This document shows positions 63,734 to 64,000 of a stretch of 64,000 nucleotides of DNA, one piece after another. This stretch comes from an uncultured Caulobacterales bacterium (GTDB lineage: Bacteria; Pseudomonadota; Alphaproteobacteria; Caulobacterales; Caulobacteraceae): contig CAIQUG010000007.1 of the NCBI GenBank assembly GCA_903874895.1, positions 24,326-88,325 on the forward strand, written 5' to 3'. The notes under the pieces were generated by a model, which searched no databases, had not been told where the DNA came from, and saw only the letters and a program-made list of their open reading frames with translations. Both the position numbers and the translations under genes were made by a program. Numbering within the stretch: position 1 is the stretch's first letter; each line of letters starts with the position of its first letter.

Positions 63734-64000
63734 CGCAGGGCCTCGCCCAGCAGGTCCTGCAGCAAGGGTGTGCGGGGATAGGGGTGGTGGCGGTAGTGGC
63801 GGAATCCCTCCGCATGGGCCACGCCGAACGCCCGGCCCCGCCAGGCGGCGAAGCGGACCATGCCGTCCGTATAGTCGGCAATCCCGTGCTGCCGGGCGAC
63901 CCAGGCCTGCTGGCTCTCATGGCAGGCGAGCATGGCGCGCTTGAGCGCCATCTGCTCCGAGACATCGGCGGCGAAGTCCGCGGCCACCTTGCGTCCGTCC
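63703..64000 (-). CDS. PIG-L/LmbE-like deacetylase, C-terminal part only (gene starts beyond the window end)
   Basis: The C-terminal sequence ...ALKRAMLACHESQQAWV...AEGFRHY resembles LmbE-family C-termini. It overlaps the convergent neighbour by 31 nt. Confidence 0.45.
   Translation of the reverse strand, partial: DGRKVAADFAADVSEQMALKRAMLACHESQQAWVARQHGIADYTDGMVRFAAWRGRAFGVAHAEGFRHYRHHPYPRTPLLQDLLGEALRQPIPDAAES

Noticed and set aside
1-64000. Window-wide search for defence systems, toxin-antitoxin pairs, CRISPR arrays, prophage or IS/integrase genes, tRNA and rRNA.
   Set aside because: None of the supported ORFs shows nuclease/ATPase defence-type motifs, transposase DDE or integrase signatures. 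No regularly spaced repeats or tRNA-like cloverleaf candidates were seen in the intergenic regions. The efp islet has repeats but no mobility gene.

Overview
By eye this is a high-GC (about two-thirds G+C) chromosomal segment of alphaproteobacterial type. Protein similarities such as the MatB-like N-terminus and an alpha-type REP/MITE family support that, but no taxon can be assigned without a search. I call about 55 protein genes and find no rRNA, tRNA, CRISPR array, IS element, integrase or phage gene.

Gene content, left to right:
- pstSCAB phosphate uptake operon. A COG0523 metallochaperone and a translationally coupled malonyl-CoA-synthetase-like gene lie upstream. No phoU follows it.
- MFS transporter, DUF3429 protein, a Baeyer-Villiger monooxygenase and an unusual TonB_C-domain protein.
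- SDR / enoyl-CoA hydratase / SDR / Zn-ADH block.
- GST-like gene coupled to a formylglycine-generating enzyme, then TetR and a Tat-exported arylsulfatase with a non-canonical CSCTR motif.
- GAF-PAS hybrid histidine kinase.
- epmB-epmA divergent from efp.
- A roughly 2.3 kb lower-GC islet at the efp 3' end.
- FAD-linked oxidase and tesB.
- A mosaic hybrid kinase with a strongly AT-rich 5' half.
- GST and small secreted proteins.
- S45 acylase coupled to DoxX; a DUF3034 / signal-peptide truncated haemoglobin / Tat-HiPIP operon; a second S45 acylase; sodC.
- paiB-like gene and a DEAD-box helicase.
- TonB-dependent receptor divergent from a YncE-like beta-propeller plus a non-canonical Nramp.
- OMF-MFP-RND efflux operon.
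- Alpha/beta hydrolase, acyl-CoA ligase and two acyl-CoA dehydrogenases.
- Gfo/Idh/MocA oxidoreductase and a partial LmbE-like gene.

The two observations I rate most worth follow-up:
1. The efp-end islet. It is bounded by a 34-bp perfect direct repeat and carries an in-frame tesB'-'efp chimeric remnant.
2. The exported OM-barrel / atypical truncated globin / HiPIP three-gene module and its odd 380-nt leader.

I cannot demonstrate a new system from sequence alone. All family names come from by-eye motif recognition and need HMM/BLAST confirmation.
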